DNA from: Squalus acanthias | Taxonomy: Eukaryota | Direction: 5' to 3' | NCBI GenBank assembly: GCA_030390025.1 | Contig: JASTWF010000035.1 | Span: forward strand, 2,294,001 to 2,358,000 | Length of the DNA: 64,000 nucleotides | Part shown: piece after piece, positions 1 to 12,214 of the stretch | Layout of the letters: the number at the start of each line of letters is the position of its first letter | Numbering within the stretch: position 1 is the stretch's first letter | Translations under genes and position numbers: made by a program | The notes under the pieces: model-generated | Database searches by the model: none | What the model was told of the DNA's origin: nothing | The model's input: only the letters and a program-made list of their open reading frames with translations

Positions 1-706
1 CACTTTCAAAGATTTGTGTACATACACCCCCAAATCCCTGCACCCCTTTAAAATAGTACCATTTAGTTTATATTGCTTGCCTCATCCTTCCTGCCAAAAT
101 GTTCACTTCACACTTCTCTGCATTAAATTTCATCTGCCATGTGTCTGCCCATTTTACCAGTCTGTCTATGTCCTCCTGAGGTCTGTTACTATCCTCCTCA
201 CTGTTTACTACATTTCTGAGTTTCATCTCATCTGCAGACTTTGTAATGATGCCCTGTATACCCAAGTCCAGGTCATGAATATATCTCAAAAAGAGCAGTG
301 GTCCTAACCAACACTCCCACTATGCCTGGAGGTCCTGCACAGGCCGTTCACCGGCTGTACAATGCGAGATTTTACACATGAAATTTTGAATGGGCCGCAC
401 AGCCCGTTAAAGGGACCGTGCACCCAAAAATAGAAATTAAGGGAAACATTGGTCCTAACACCGACCCCGGGGGACACCACTGTGAACTTCCCTCCAGTCT
501 GAAAAACAACCATTCACCACTCTCTGCTTTCTGTCCCTCAGACAATTCTGTATCCACGCTGCCACTGTCCCTTTAATCCCATGGGCTTTAATTTTGCGAA
601 CAAGTCTATTATGTGGTACTTTGTCAAACACCTTTTGAAATTCCATATCCAAGATATCAACCGCATTATCCTCATCAACCCTTCCTGTTACTTCGTCAAA
701 GAATTC
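1..706 (-). mobile_element. CR1 LINE ORF2 (RT) fragment, degenerate; interrupted at 309-451
   Basis: Minus-strand frames read FQKVFDKVPHNRLVRKIKAHGI, CFSDWREVHSGVP, KSADEMKL and WADTWQMKFNAEKCEV, with frameshifts. Confidence 0.9.
309..451. mobile_element. Small non-autonomous DNA transposon (hAT-like MITE)
   Basis: Exact 8-bp duplication GTCCTAAC at 301-308 and 452-459. Degenerate TIRs CAACACTCCC / CAATGTTTCCC (reverse complement of right end). Removing the insert restores the CR1. Confidence 0.75.
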
Positions 707-815
707 ATAGAATCATAGAATTACAGCACAGAAGGAGGCCATTTGGCCCATCGCGCCCGTGCCGGCTCTCTGCAAGAACACTTCAGCTAGTCCCACTCCC
801 CCACCCGTTCCCCGA
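706..815 (-). mobile_element. Short 5'-truncated CR1 3' end
   Basis: (CATAGAAT)n tail followed by the reverse complement of the 3' UTR seen at 1290-1400. Confidence 0.85.
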
Positions 816-921
816 TACTTGTCCAAGTGGCTGTTAATTTTGTCCCAGATTATCATTTCTAAAAGCTTGCAACAGTGTCCAGATTAATGTTTTATTCCTG
901 GCAATTCCAGGACAATCCTGG

Positions 922-1401
922 AAGGTTTACGAGAATGATTCCAGGGATGAGGAACTTCAGTTACGTTGATAGACTAGAGAAGCTGGGGTTGTTCTCCTTG
1001 GAGCAGAGAAGGTTGAGAGGAGATATGATCGAGGTGTTCAAAATCATGAGGGGTCCAGACAGAGTAGATAGAGAGAAACTGTTCCCATTGGCAGAAGGAT
1101 CGAGAATCAGAGGACACAGATTTAAGGTGATTGGGAAAAGAACCAAAGGCGGCATGAGCAAAAGCTTTTTTACACAGCGAGTGATTAGGATCTGGAATAC
1201 ACTGCCTGAAAGAGTGGTGGAGGCAGATTCAATCGTGGCTTTCAAAAGGGAATTGAATAAGTATCTGAAGGGAAAACATTTGCAGGGCTACGGGGAAAGG
1301 GCGGGGGGAGTGGGACTAGCTGAAGTGCTCTTGCAGAGAGCCGGCACGGGCTCGGCGGGCCGAATGGCCTCCTACTGTGCTGTAACCATTCTATGATTCT
1401 A
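922..1401 (+). mobile_element. CR1 3' end (ORF2 C-terminus, 3' UTR and ATTCTATG tail)
   Basis: RFTRMIPGMRNFSYVDRLEKLGLFSLEQRRLRGDMIEVFK...FFTQRVIRIWNTLP; ends ATTCTATGATTCTA. Confidence 0.92.
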
Positions 1402-1883
1402 GGTTGAAATCCTAGCTGGAGGCCAACATTGGGTGTGAAAAATCAGGCCTGTCTTTGATGCCCTCCTTGGTAGAGCAAGACTGCTAACACTCAAGGTATA
1501 GGCTCGCAGATGAAGAATGAATGAGGTTAGGCACCACAGAGCAGCCAGCACCCTTTTAACTGTACTACAGTGTGAGGCAACACTTTGAAGACAGCAGGAG
1601 AGAAAATGGGGGGAAAATTAGACAGTGCAGAATATTTAAATGAGTTTGCAACTGTTTCAGTTTTGCTGGTAATAAGTGTCAATCCTAATAGTTTTCTAAT
1701 GTTGACCTATTCCGCTCTTCTTCCTCCACGAGTTTGAGCCTCACTAATCAACCCCAGCAGCTCCTTTCCTCCGTGCAGCTGCCGCCTGTTTCCTCGTCTT
1801 TTCTTCATTTGATTGACAATCGCGACCGCGCAGACAACAAAAATAGGACAAAAAATTCAAATCTGAAACGGAACCGACGTCTG

Positions 1884-2225
1884 CAACAACAACAACTTGT
1901 ATTTCTATAGCGCCTTTAACGTAGTAAAACGTCCCAAGCTTCACAGGAGTGTTATAAGACAAAAATTGACACCGAGCCACATAAGGAGAAATTAGGGCAG
2001 ATGAAAGAGTGAGGAGTTTCAGGAGCGTCTTAAAGGAGGAGGGAGAGGGAGAGAGGCGGAGAGGTTTAGGGGAGTAATTCCAGAGCTTAGGGCCTTGGCA
2101 ACAGAAGGCATGGCAGCCAATGGTGGAGCGATTATAATCAGGGATGCTCAAGAGGGCAGAATTAGAGGAGCGCAGATCACTCAGGGGGTTGTGGGGCTGG
2201 AGGAGATTAAAGAGATAGGGAGGGG
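1884..2225 (-). mobile_element. L2 LINE 3' end
   Basis: (CAA)n tail; reverse complement of the L2 3' end at 58290-58645; GPKLWN-P motif. Confidence 0.85.
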
Positions 2226-4307
2226 CCTACATTCAAGTCTAAATCATTGATATACACTACAAAAAGTAAGGGACCCAGTACTGAGCCCTGCGGAACCCAA
2301 CTGGAAACAGCCTTCCAGTCACAAAAACACCCATCGACCATTACCCTTTTCTTCCTGCCACTGTGCCAATTTAGGATCCAACTTGCCACTTTCCCTTGGA
2401 TCCCATGGGCTTTTACTTTTCTGACCAGTCTGCCATGTGGGACCTTGTCAAAAGCCTTGCTAAAATCCATATAGACTACATTAAACGTGCTACCCTCATT
2501 GACCCTCCTTGTTACCTCCTCAAAAAATTCAATCAAGTTAGTCAGACACAACCTTCCCTTAACAAATCCATGCTGACTGTCCTTGATTAATCCGTATCTT
2601 TCTAAATGAAGATTTATCCTGTCTCTCAGAATTTTTTCCAATAATTTTCCCACCACCGAGGCTAGGCTGACTGGCCTGTAATTACTCGGTCTATCCATTT
2701 CTCCCTTTTTAAACAACGGTACCACATTAGCAGTCCTCCAGTCCCCAGCACCACACCTGTAGCCAGAGAGGATTGAAAAATGATGGTCAGGGCCTCTGCT
2801 ATTTCCTGTTTTGCTTCTCTTAACAGCCTGGGATACATTTCATCCGGGCCTGGGGATTTATCCACTTTCAAAGCTGCTAAACCCCTTAATACTTCCTCTT
2901 TCACTAAGTTTATTTCATCTAATATTTCACACTCCTCCTCCCTGCATTGCCCCTCTCTTTTGTGAAAACAGACACAAAGTATTCATTAAGAACCATCCCA
3001 TGTCTTCCGACTCCACACACAGATTACCCTCATGGTCTCTAATAGGCCCTACTCTTACTTTAATTATCCTTTTGCTCTTAATGTATTTATAAAACATCTT
3101 TGGGTTTTCCTTGATTTTACTTGCCAATATTTTTTCATGCTCTCTCTTTGCTTTCCTAATTTCCTTTTTAATTTCACCCCTGCACTTTCTATACTCCTCT
3201 AGAATTTCTGAAGTATTTAGCCCTCGGTATCTGTCATAAGCCTCCCTTTTTTTCTTCATCCTACCCTGTATGTCCCTTGAAATCCAGGGGGCTCTTAGAT
3301 TTGTTAGTCCCACCTTTTTTCTTTAAGGGAACATACTTGCTCTGAACCCTCCGGATCTCCTCCTTGAATGCCTCCCACTGCTCTGACACTGATTTACCTT
3401 CAAGTAGCTGTTTCCAGTCCACTTTGGCTAAATCCCATCTCAGCTTAGCAAAATTGGCTTTTCCCCAATTGAGAACTTTTATTCCTGGTCTATCTTTGTC
3501 CTTTTCCATAACTACCCTAAATCTAACTGAATTATGATCACCAGCACCAAAATGCTCTCCCACTGATACCCTTTCCACCTGCCCAGCTTCATTCCCTGAA
3601 ACTAAGTCCAGAACCGCCCCCTCCCTTGTTGGGCTTGTTACACACTGGCTAAAAAAGTTCTCCTGAATGCATTTTAGGAATTCTGCTCCCCTCTATACCA
3701 TTCACACTAATTTTATCCCAGTTAATATTAGGATAGTTGAAATCCCCTACTATTACTGCCCTATAGTTTTTGCACTTCTCAGAAATTTGCCTACATATTT
3801 GCTCTTCTCTCTCCCTCTGACTATGTGCGGGTCTATAGTACTCTCCCAGCAGTGTGATTGCCCCTTTTTTGTTCTTCAGTTCAACCCATAGGACCTCATT
3901 TGATGATCCTTCTAACATATCCTCCCTCCTCACAGCTGTAATTGTTTCTTTAATCAATATTGTGACCCCCCCTCCTTTTTTATCCCCCTCTCTATCCCGT
4001 CTGAAGACCCTGTAACCAGGAATGTTGAGCTGTCATTCCCGCCCTCCTTTCAGTCATGTCTCAGTTATAGCTATAACACCATACTCCCAAGTGTCTATCT
4101 GTGCTCTCAGCTCATCTGCCTTATTCCCTAGACTCCTTGCATTGAAGTATATCCCATTTAGCACTGCCAAACTCCCTTGTTGTCTATTTTCTAGCCCTTG
4201 TTTCCTCTGTCTTCCAAATTCACTTTCTACTTTTCTGCTTTCCAATTTCTGATTTGCTTCTCTCCCTTCTGAATCTATTATCAGGTTCCCATCCCCCTGC
4301 CAAGCTA
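2226..4307 (-). mobile_element. CR1 ORF2 internal fragment (APE endonuclease to mid-RT), frameshifted, no 3' tail
   Basis: [80 protein letters not shown]. Confidence 0.92.
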
Positions 4308-4314
4308 GATTTGA

Positions 4315-4680
4315 GTTCAGGGGGAACCTTAGAGGAAGTTTGGCCCGGTGGGCTAGGGGAAGGAAGGGTAGTGGGAGGGATGGGCAGCTGAACGGATGGT
4401 CTCAATCTTAGAGACAAAGAAGTCCATGAGCTCCTCACACTTGTTGTCAGAGGTGAGGGTGGAGGAGACGGGGAGAGGGGTTTAAGAAGACGGTTAGCAG
4501 TGGAGAAAAGAAGCCCGGGTTTATCTTTGCATTCCAGAATGATTCTGGAATGGTGAGCAACTTTGGCAGACAAGAGCAGGACCCGATAATGCTTTGTGTC
4601 CGCACAGACACGGAGCTGCCAGTGGCTGATTTCAATAGTCGCGGGATACTTGAGCTGAGTGGGTTACAGTTGCTGCTGGT
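4315..4680 (-). mobile_element. L2 ORF2 internal fragment
   Basis: SAKVAHHSRIILECKDKPGLLFSTANRLLKP, an L2-type linker region. Confidence 0.65.
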
Positions 4681-4854
4681 ACCGTATGGCAGTGAGAGGA
4701 TTCAGGGAGAGAGGGGTGAAAGTAGAACAACTGCCCCAATTAGCCAGTGGGAGGGGCAACAACAGCAACCCACGCAGCCTGGCATTAGTACAAGTGCAGA
4801 GTGAAGGAAATATACAGTGGGACCTGGCGAGAGGCGGGTAGAGATCAAGCTGGG

Positions 4855-5390
4855 AACCTGGGTTCAGCGAGCGGGGACTGGGCTCAGCGAGCGGGGGACT
4901 GGGCTCAGCGAGCAGAGACTGGGTTCAGCGAGCGGGACTGGACTCAGCGAGCGGGGACTGGGCTCAGTGAGAGGGGACTGGGTTCAGCGAGAGGGGACTG
5001 GGCTCAGCGAGCGGGGACTGGGCTCAGCGAGCGGGGGACTGGGCTCAGTGAGCTTGGACTGGGTTCAGCGAGCGGGGACTGGGCTCAGCGAGCAGAGACT
5101 GGGTTCAGCGAGCGGGGACTGGACTCAGCGAGCGGGGACTGAGCTCAGTGAGAGGGGGCTGGGTTCAGTGAGAGGGGACTGGGCTCAGCGGCGAGCGGGG
5201 ACTGGGCTCAGCGAGAGGGGACTGGGCTCAGCGAGAGGGGACTGGGTTCAGTGAGAGGGGACTGGGCTCAGCGAGAGGGGACTGGGCTCAGTGAGAGGGG
5301 ACTGGGTTCAGTGAGTGGGGACCGGGCTCAGCGAGTGGGGACCGGGCTCAGCGAGCGGGGACTGGGATCAGCGAGCGGGGACTGGGTCAG
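4855..5390. repeat. G-rich minisatellite, ~20-bp unit GGGGACTGGGCTCAGCGAGC
   Basis: Direct tandem periodicity of 19-21 bp. Confidence 0.95.
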
Positions 5391-5639
5391 CGGCAGCTAG
5401 CGCTGTCATTGCACAGATGCTCAGGAGGGAGGGAAACGATTCGAGTTGGGGCCAGTTTTCTCAGCTCGATCTCATCTCAACAGTGTATTTTTCTATTTTA
5501 TTCTTTTAAATCTCATTTTTTTTAAATGACGGACCCCTTGTTCAGACCTCCTGCTCGACTGTATTTTGAACCTTACAATTGTCATAATTCATCTCACCTA
5601 CACTGCCCACGATCTCAGTTACACTCCCAATGTCTACGA

Positions 5640-6548
5640 GTCTATCTCACCGTCTACGAGTCTATCTCACTGTCTGTGAGTCTAGTTCATTGTCTGTGAG
5701 TCTGCCCCACTGTCTGTGAGCATAGCTCACTGTCTGTGAGTCTACCCACTGTCTGTGAGTCTACCCCACTGTCTGTGAGTCTGCCCACTGTCTGTGAGTC
5801 TACGCACTGTCTGTGAGTCTACCCACTGTCTGTGAGTCTACCCCACTGTCTGTGAGTCTGCCCCACTGTCTGTGAGCGTAGCTCACTGTCTGTGAGTCTA
5901 CCCACTGTCTGTGAGTCTACCCCACTGTCTGTGAGTCTACCCCACTGTCTGTGAGTCTGCCCCACTGTCTGTGAGCGTAGCTCACTGTCTGTGAGTCTAC
6001 CCACTGTCTGTGAGTCTACCCCACTGTCTGTGAGTCTACCCCACTGTCTGTGAGTCTACCCCACTGTCTGTGAGTCTACCCCACTGTCTGTGAGTCTGCC
6101 CACTGTCTGTGAGTCTACCCACTGTCTGTGAGTCTACCCACTGTCTGTGAGTCTACCCCACTGTCTGTGAGTCTGCCCCACTGTCTGTGAGCGTAGCTCA
6201 CTGTCTGTGAGTCTACCCACTGTCTGTGAGTCTACCCCACTGTCTGTGAGTCTACCCACTGTCTGTGAGTCTACCCCACTGTCTGTGAGTCTGCCCACTG
6301 TCTGTGAGTCTACCCACTGTCTGTGAGTCTACCCACTGTCTGTGAGTCTACCCACTGTCTGTGAGTCTACACCCACTGTCTGTGAGTCTACCCACTGTCT
6401 GTGAGTCTACCCACTGTCTGTGAGTCTACCCACTGTCTGTGAGTCTACACCCACTGTCTGTGAGTCTACCCACTGTCTGTGAGTCTACCCCACTGTCTGT
6501 GAGTCTACCCACTGTCTGTGAGTCTACCCACTGTCTGTGAGTCTACCC
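5640..6548. repeat. Minisatellite, 20-21-bp unit CACTGTCTGTGAGTCTACCC
   Basis: Direct tandem periodicity. Confidence 0.97.
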
Positions 6549-6639
6549 TTAGACAGTCTCAGCAGACAACTGGAGGGGAGTGAAAAGAAATGTTTTCACA
6601 AAGGGTCACTAGAATACTGAATTTTAAAGTTTATTCTTG

Positions 6640-6825
6640 GAATGTATTTATTGCCCCCTCGCTGCCCTGAGTGCATTAAGAGTGAACCAAATAGTGTAGG
6701 ACTGGAGACATGTGTAGGCTAGTCTGGGGAGGTGTGGCAGTTCCCTTCCCTGGAGGGTATTAGTGAACCAGTTAGGTTTTAACATTTATTTATTGAATTT
6801 AATTTCACAACTTACCATGGTACAT
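6640..6825 (-). mobile_element. Degenerate SINE-like fragment related to 26870-27250
   Basis: Shares TTAAGAGTGAACCA..CTGGAG.CA..TTCCTTCCC blocks with the copy at ~27000. Confidence 0.5.
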
Positions 6826-6834
6826 TTAGAAAAG

Positions 6835-7289
6835 AAAAAAAGAAAGACTTGCATTTCTATAGCGCCTTTCACAACCTCAAGACGTCCAAAGCGCTTTATA
6901 GCCAAGAAGTACTTTTTGAAGTGTGGTCAACACAGCAGCCAATTTGCACACAGCAAGCTCCCATAAACAGCATTGTAATAATGACCAGATAATCTGTTTT
7001 TGTTGGGTTGATTGAGGGGTAATTATTGGGCAGGACACCAGGGATAACTCCCCGGCTCTTCTGTGAAATAGTGCCATGGGATCTTTTACATCCACCTGTG
7101 AGAGCAGACGGGGCCTTAGTTTAATATCTCATCTGAAAGACAGCACCTCCGACAGTGCAGCACTCCCTAAGTGCTGCACTGGAGTGTCAGTCTAGATTTT
7201 TGTTCTATCAAGTCTCTGGAGTGGGACTTTGAACCCTCAACCTTCTGAGCCAGAGGTGAGAGTGCTGCCCACTGAGCCACAGCTGACAC
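6835..7289 (-). mobile_element. Full-length tRNA-derived SINE (DeuSINE/SacSINE1-like, L2-type tail)
   Basis: Head GTGTCAGCTGTGGCTCAGTGG (A-box) and GGGTTCAAAG (B-box). Central AAAGATCCCATGGCACTATTT block. 3' tail AGGCGCTATAGAAATGCAAGTCTTTC resembles the L2 3' ends in this window. Confidence 0.85.
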
Positions 7290-7436
7290 TTGCAACTGCT
7301 GCAACTGTTGTTAGTCCAGCAGCAGAACCACTAGGTTGCTGTACTCAGCACGACAAAGGGCTATTGGTGCAGAGACTATAACATCATTTAAAAGGGAATT
7401 GGATAGGATTTGAAAAGTAAGAACATAAAAGACTTG

Positions 7437-8177
7437 GGGGGAAAAATTAGGTCGCGCCCCATTTCGGGCGCAAATATCGTCTGGACGCAAATATTAGCAC
7501 CTGGCGCTAATTATCGCCACTGACTGGAAACTTCACTTTTACCGCCCCGGGAGGTGAGTGGAGCGCTAAATCAGGCGCTGCACACCTGTCTTAAGGCGCA
7601 AAGGCCGAGCAGTGAGGCGCTAACTCAGCGCGCGAGCGCAGCGCAGGTGCTGCCAGTTAGCGAGGGAACACAGACACACTGGCGCCGGCCAGTTCTTAAA
7701 GCGGGGGGGGGCCAACTGTTAGGATCAGTAGGCAAAACTACCTCACAAAGCGTTGAGTCAATGCAGAAGTCTCTCTTTCTCTCTCTCCGAATCTCTCTCT
7801 CTCTCTCAGAACGAGTGGTGCAAAAATGTCAACCACAGAAAAAGACAGGAAGAGGCCCCCTTTAAATAGCGCCCCCCCCAGCCCCACAGCGATTGATAGC
7901 GTTCCAGTCTTCCGGTCGTTGGATGCGCCAGGCGGTAAGGCAGGGGGCGCCACTCAATTTCCGCTCCGGGGCGCCACAAGGGCGTTGCACCATGGAATGA
8001 TGTCACAATCTGCGCGCGCAGGTGGTCGCAGCGGTAAAGTTTAGCGCCGCCGCACAATGTCTAGTTAAGTTCCCGAGCGGCGCAAACATCGCTGCGCCCG
8101 GGCGTTAGCGGCTTTGCGGCCCATTAGCACCCTCTTAAGGCGCTAACGGGAGGCGCAACCAACTGAATTTTTACCCC
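7437..8177. mobile_element. PIF/Harbinger-like MITE (741 bp)
   Basis: TIRs GGGGGAAAAATT / GGGGTAAAAATT (reverse complement). 3-bp TSD TTG at 7434-7436 and 8178-8180. Excision restores GACTTGGACTTCGGA (CR1 'DLDFG'). Confidence 0.8.
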
Positions 8178-10850
8178 TTGGACTTCGGAGTACAGGGCGC
8201 AATTTTGAAATTTACAGATGACACGAAACTTGGAAGTATGGTAAACAGTGAGGAAGGTAGCAATAGACTTCAAGAGGACATCGACAGGCTGATGCAGACG
8301 CATGGCAGATGAGATTCAATGCAGAAACATGTGAGGTGATACATTTTGGTGGGAAGGAGCGACAATACAATATAAATTGTACAATTTTAAAGGGGGTACA
8401 AGAACAGAGAGACCTGGAGGGTGTTTGTGTGCAAATCTTTGAAGGTGACGGGACAGGTTAACAAAGCAGTTAATAAAGCAAATGGGATCCTGAGCTTTAT
8501 AAATAGAGGCATAGAGTACAAAAGCCAGGAAATCTTGCTAAACCTGTATAAAACACTAGTTCGTCCCCAGCTGGAGTATTGTGCCCAATTCTGGACACTG
8601 CACTTTAGGAAGGACGTGAAGGCTTTGGAGAGGGTTTAGAAAAGATTTACTAGAATGGTTCCAGGGATGAGGGAATACAGTTACGTGGATAGACTGGAGA
8701 AGTCGGAGTTGTTCTCCTTAGAGCAGAGAAGGCTAAGAGGGGATTTGATGGAGGTGTTTAAAATTATGAACATAAGAACATAAGAACATAAGAAATAGGA
8801 GCAGGAGTAGGCCAATCGGCCCCTCGAGCCTGCTCCGCCATTCAATAAGATCATGGCTGATCTGATCCTAACCGCCAATCTACTATCTATCACAGAACCA
8901 TCTCCTGCATCTAACAGAATTGCACACACGAAATAGGAGCAGAATCAGGCTACACGGTCCCTGGGCCCGCTCCACTACCCACAGGGCCATGACCGGATCC
9001 GAACCTAGACTCATGTCCAAATTCCTGCCCGCTCCCCGTAACCCTTAATGCCCTTTACTTCTAGGAAACTGTCTATTTCTGTTTTAAATTTATTTAATGA
9101 TGTAGCTTCTACAGCTTTTTGTGGCAGCATATTCCATGGACCTACCACCCTCTGAGTGAAGTAGTTCCTCCTCATCTCAGTTTTGAAAGAGCAGCCCCTT
9201 ATTCTAAGACTATGTCCCCTAGTTCTAGTCTCACCCGTCATCGGGAACATCCTCCCCGCATCCACCCGATCCAACCCCTTCACAATCTTATATGTTTCAA
9301 TAAGATCGCCTCTCATTCTTCTGAACTCCAATGAGTAGAGTCCCAATCTACCCAACCTCTCCTCATATGACCACCCCCTCATCCCCGGGATTAACCGAGT
9401 GAACCTTTTTTGCACTGCCTCGAGAGCAAGGATGTCTTTCCTTAAGTAAGGACACCAAAACTGTATGCAGTATTCCAGGTGCGGTCTCACCAATACCTTG
9501 TACAACTGAAGCAATACCTCCCTATTTTTATATTCTATCCCCCTAGCAATGAAAGCCAACATTCCATTTGCCTTCTTAATCACTTGCTGCACCTGCATAC
9601 TAACCTTTTGAGTTTCGTGCACCAGGACCCCCAGATCCCTTTGCACTTCAGTACTCTCCAGTTTCTTGCCATTAAGATAATAAATTGCTCTAGGATTTTT
9701 CCTGCCAAAGTGCATCACCTCACACTTTCCAGTGTTGTATTCCATCTGCCAAATCTCTGCCCACTTACTTAGCCTGTCTATGTCCCCTTGCAGGTTTTTT
9801 ATGTCCTCCTCACTCACTACTTTCCCTCCCATCTTTGTATCATCTGCAAATTTTGATATGTTACACTTGGTCCCTTCCTCAAAATCGTTAATATAGATTG
9901 TAAAGAGTTGGGGACCCAGCACTGACCCCTGTGGAACACCACTAGTTACTGATTGCCAGTCTGAGAATTAACCATTTATCCCAACTCTTTGCTTTCTGTT
10001 AGATAGCCAATCCTCTATCCATGCCAGAATATTACCCCCAATCCCGTGATTTTTACCTTAAGCAATAATCTTTTGTGTGGCACCTTGTCAAATGCCTTTT
10101 GGAAGTCTAAATACACTACGTCCACTGGTTCCCCTTTATCCACTCTATATGTTACTTCCTCAAAGAACTCCAGCAAATTTGTCAAACATGACTTCCCCTT
10201 CGTAAAACCATGCTGACTTTGTCCTATTAAATTATGATTATCCAAATGTCCTGTTACTGTTTCCTTAATAATGGACTCCAAAATTTTACCTACCACAGAT
10301 GTTAGGCTAACCGGTCTATAGTTACCAGCCTTCTGTCTACTGCCCTTTTTAAATAAGGGTGTTACATTAGCAGTTTTCCAGTCTGCCAGGACCTTAGCGG
10401 AATCCAGGGAGTTTTGAAAAATTATTACCAATGCATCTACAATCCCTACCGCCACTTCCTTCAAGACTCTAGGATGTAAGCCATCAGGTCCAGGTGATTT
10501 ATCCGCCTTGAGTCCCATTATTTTACCGAGTACCACTTCCTTAGTGGTTTAGATAGAGTAAATAATGGTTGAAGGGTCGATAACCAGAGGCACAGATTTA
10601 AGGTGATTGACAAAAGACCAGCGGCGACATGAGGAAAAACGTTTTAACTCAACAAGTAGTTAGAATTTTGAAAGCACTGCCTGATAGGGTGGTGGAAGCA
10701 GATTCAATAGTAGCCTTCAACAGGGAATTGGATAAATACTTGAATGAGAAAGAGCCGGAGAGTGGGACTAACTGGATTGCTCTTCGAAAGATCCGGGGCT
10801 GACTTGATGGGCCGAATGGCCTCCTTCTGTGCTGTACTATTCTATGATTC
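8178..10850 (+). mobile_element. CR1 3' half (host), split by a nested antisense CR1; pieces 8178-8769 and 10546-10850
   Basis: KFTDDTKLG...LYKTLVRPQLEYCAQFW...EVFKIM then resumes GLDRVN; ends ATTCTATGATTC. Confidence 0.88.
8770..10545 (-). mobile_element. Young 5'-truncated CR1, nearly intact RT region
   Basis: ORFs 10015-10536 and 9011-9922 (KSPGPDGLHPRVL, YLDFQKAFDKVPH, KFADDTK); (AACATAAG)n tail. Confidence 0.95.
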
Positions 10851-11369
10851 CCAGGTTCACATCATCATCAAACTTAACCAATTGAGCTTTTGAAACCAAG
10901 TCACTTCATAGAAACAATGGAATTTCTCACTTCCCTCAGTCTTCCCTCCCACAATCTACAGCCTTTGAAAACCCAAACCTGACATGACCTAATCTCTAGC
11001 TCCTGATTCATCTCCTCCCTTTCCAGCCTCGCTCCTTGTTCTGTACTGTGGGCCCTGACGCTAGGCCTGGGTCACTCATGTTGGACATATTCAGAGAAGC
11101 CACCCACCATTGCATTGTCCGCCACAAGCACCATCTCGATGTGCCTCGTCTCTTGTAGCACATTCCTTTTCATCTGGTAAAAGAGAAAATCTCAGTCAGT
11201 TTGAGGTGAAATTGTACAGCGGGCCATGGCTGGGAGGGAGCCAATCAGAAGCCAAGTCACATGGGCCCTCCTTTTTATTTTAAATATGGGTGTTTTAGCC
11301 TGACCCTGTGTCACTATTTAAAACAACCCACCCTGCACATAACAAAGGCCTTTTTATCAACCAGTTATT

Positions 11370-11975
11370 TCCTCCTTCCTCTCCCTGCAACGCCACTCCC
11401 CTCCTCCCTCCCTCCCCTCCTCCCTCCCTCCCTCACTCCCCTCCTCCCTCCCTCCCTCACTCCCCTCCTCCCTCCCTCCCCTCCTCCCTCCCTCCCTCAC
11501 TCCCCTCCTCCCTCCCTCCCTCACTCCTCTCTCTTCCTCCCTCCCTCACTCCCCTCCTCTCTCCCACCTCCCTCCCTCACTCCCCTCCTCTCTCCCTCCC
11601 TCCCTCCCTCACTCCCCTCCTCTCTCTTCCTCCCTCCCTCACTCCCCTCCTCTCTCTTCCTCCCTCCCTCACTCCCCTCCTCTCTCTTCCTCCCTCCCTC
11701 ACTCCCCTCCTCTCTCCCACCTCCCTCCCTCACTCCCCTCCTCTCTCCCACCTCCCTCCCTCACTCCCCTCCTCCCTCCCTCCCTCACTCCCCGCCTCCA
11801 TCCCTCCCTCACTCCCCTCCTCTCTCCCACCTCCCTCCCCTTTCTCTTCCCTCCCTTGGTTCCTGCCCTACTTCTCCCCTACCCACACCAGCCTCCTTTC
11901 CTTCCTCTACCTCCTTTCTCCTGCCCTACCCTGGTCTCTCCCTCTTTTCACTTCACCATGCCCTCTCCCCTCCCC
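11370..11975. repeat. Polypyrimidine low-complexity tract (CCCT/CCTC, ~27-30-bp sub-periodicity)
   Basis: Almost exclusively C/T on the + strand. Confidence 0.95.
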
Positions 11976-12009
11976 TGATGTCGGCAGGTTGTTCAACTAC
12001 AGCGGCATC

Positions 12010-12210
12010 ACAGTTGCACCCAAACCTGTTCTTACCCAACATCCACACACAGAAACATACAGCAATAAGGAGCAGCAATCTCTGATAACTTTTTCCCCTC
12101 TCCAGCCCACGAAAGATCAGCTAATTCAGCACAGACTGTGGATCGAACCGAGCACCTTCCTGATCTGTCTGGCTCCGATACCCAGTGAATTAAGTCACTG
12201 GGGTAGACCT
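12010..12210 (-). mobile_element. Degenerate tRNA-derived SINE head
   Basis: B-box-like GGTTCGATCC within CAGGAAGGTGCTCGGTTCGATCCACAGTCTGTGCTGAATTAGCTGATC. Confidence 0.45.
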
Positions 12211-12214
12211 TCAT

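Noticed and set aside
1700..1885. CpG-containing unique segment, possible minus-strand exon
   Set aside because: Only a short ORF (MKKRRGNRRQ..) ending in a stop, and no convincing splice pair.
4801..5509. Repetitive ORFs (AGTGLSERGLGS)
   Set aside because: 20-bp minisatellite.
7230..7289. tRNA gene (also 12762-12830)
   Set aside because: tRNA-like SINE heads continuous with the SINE body; no complete cloverleaf.
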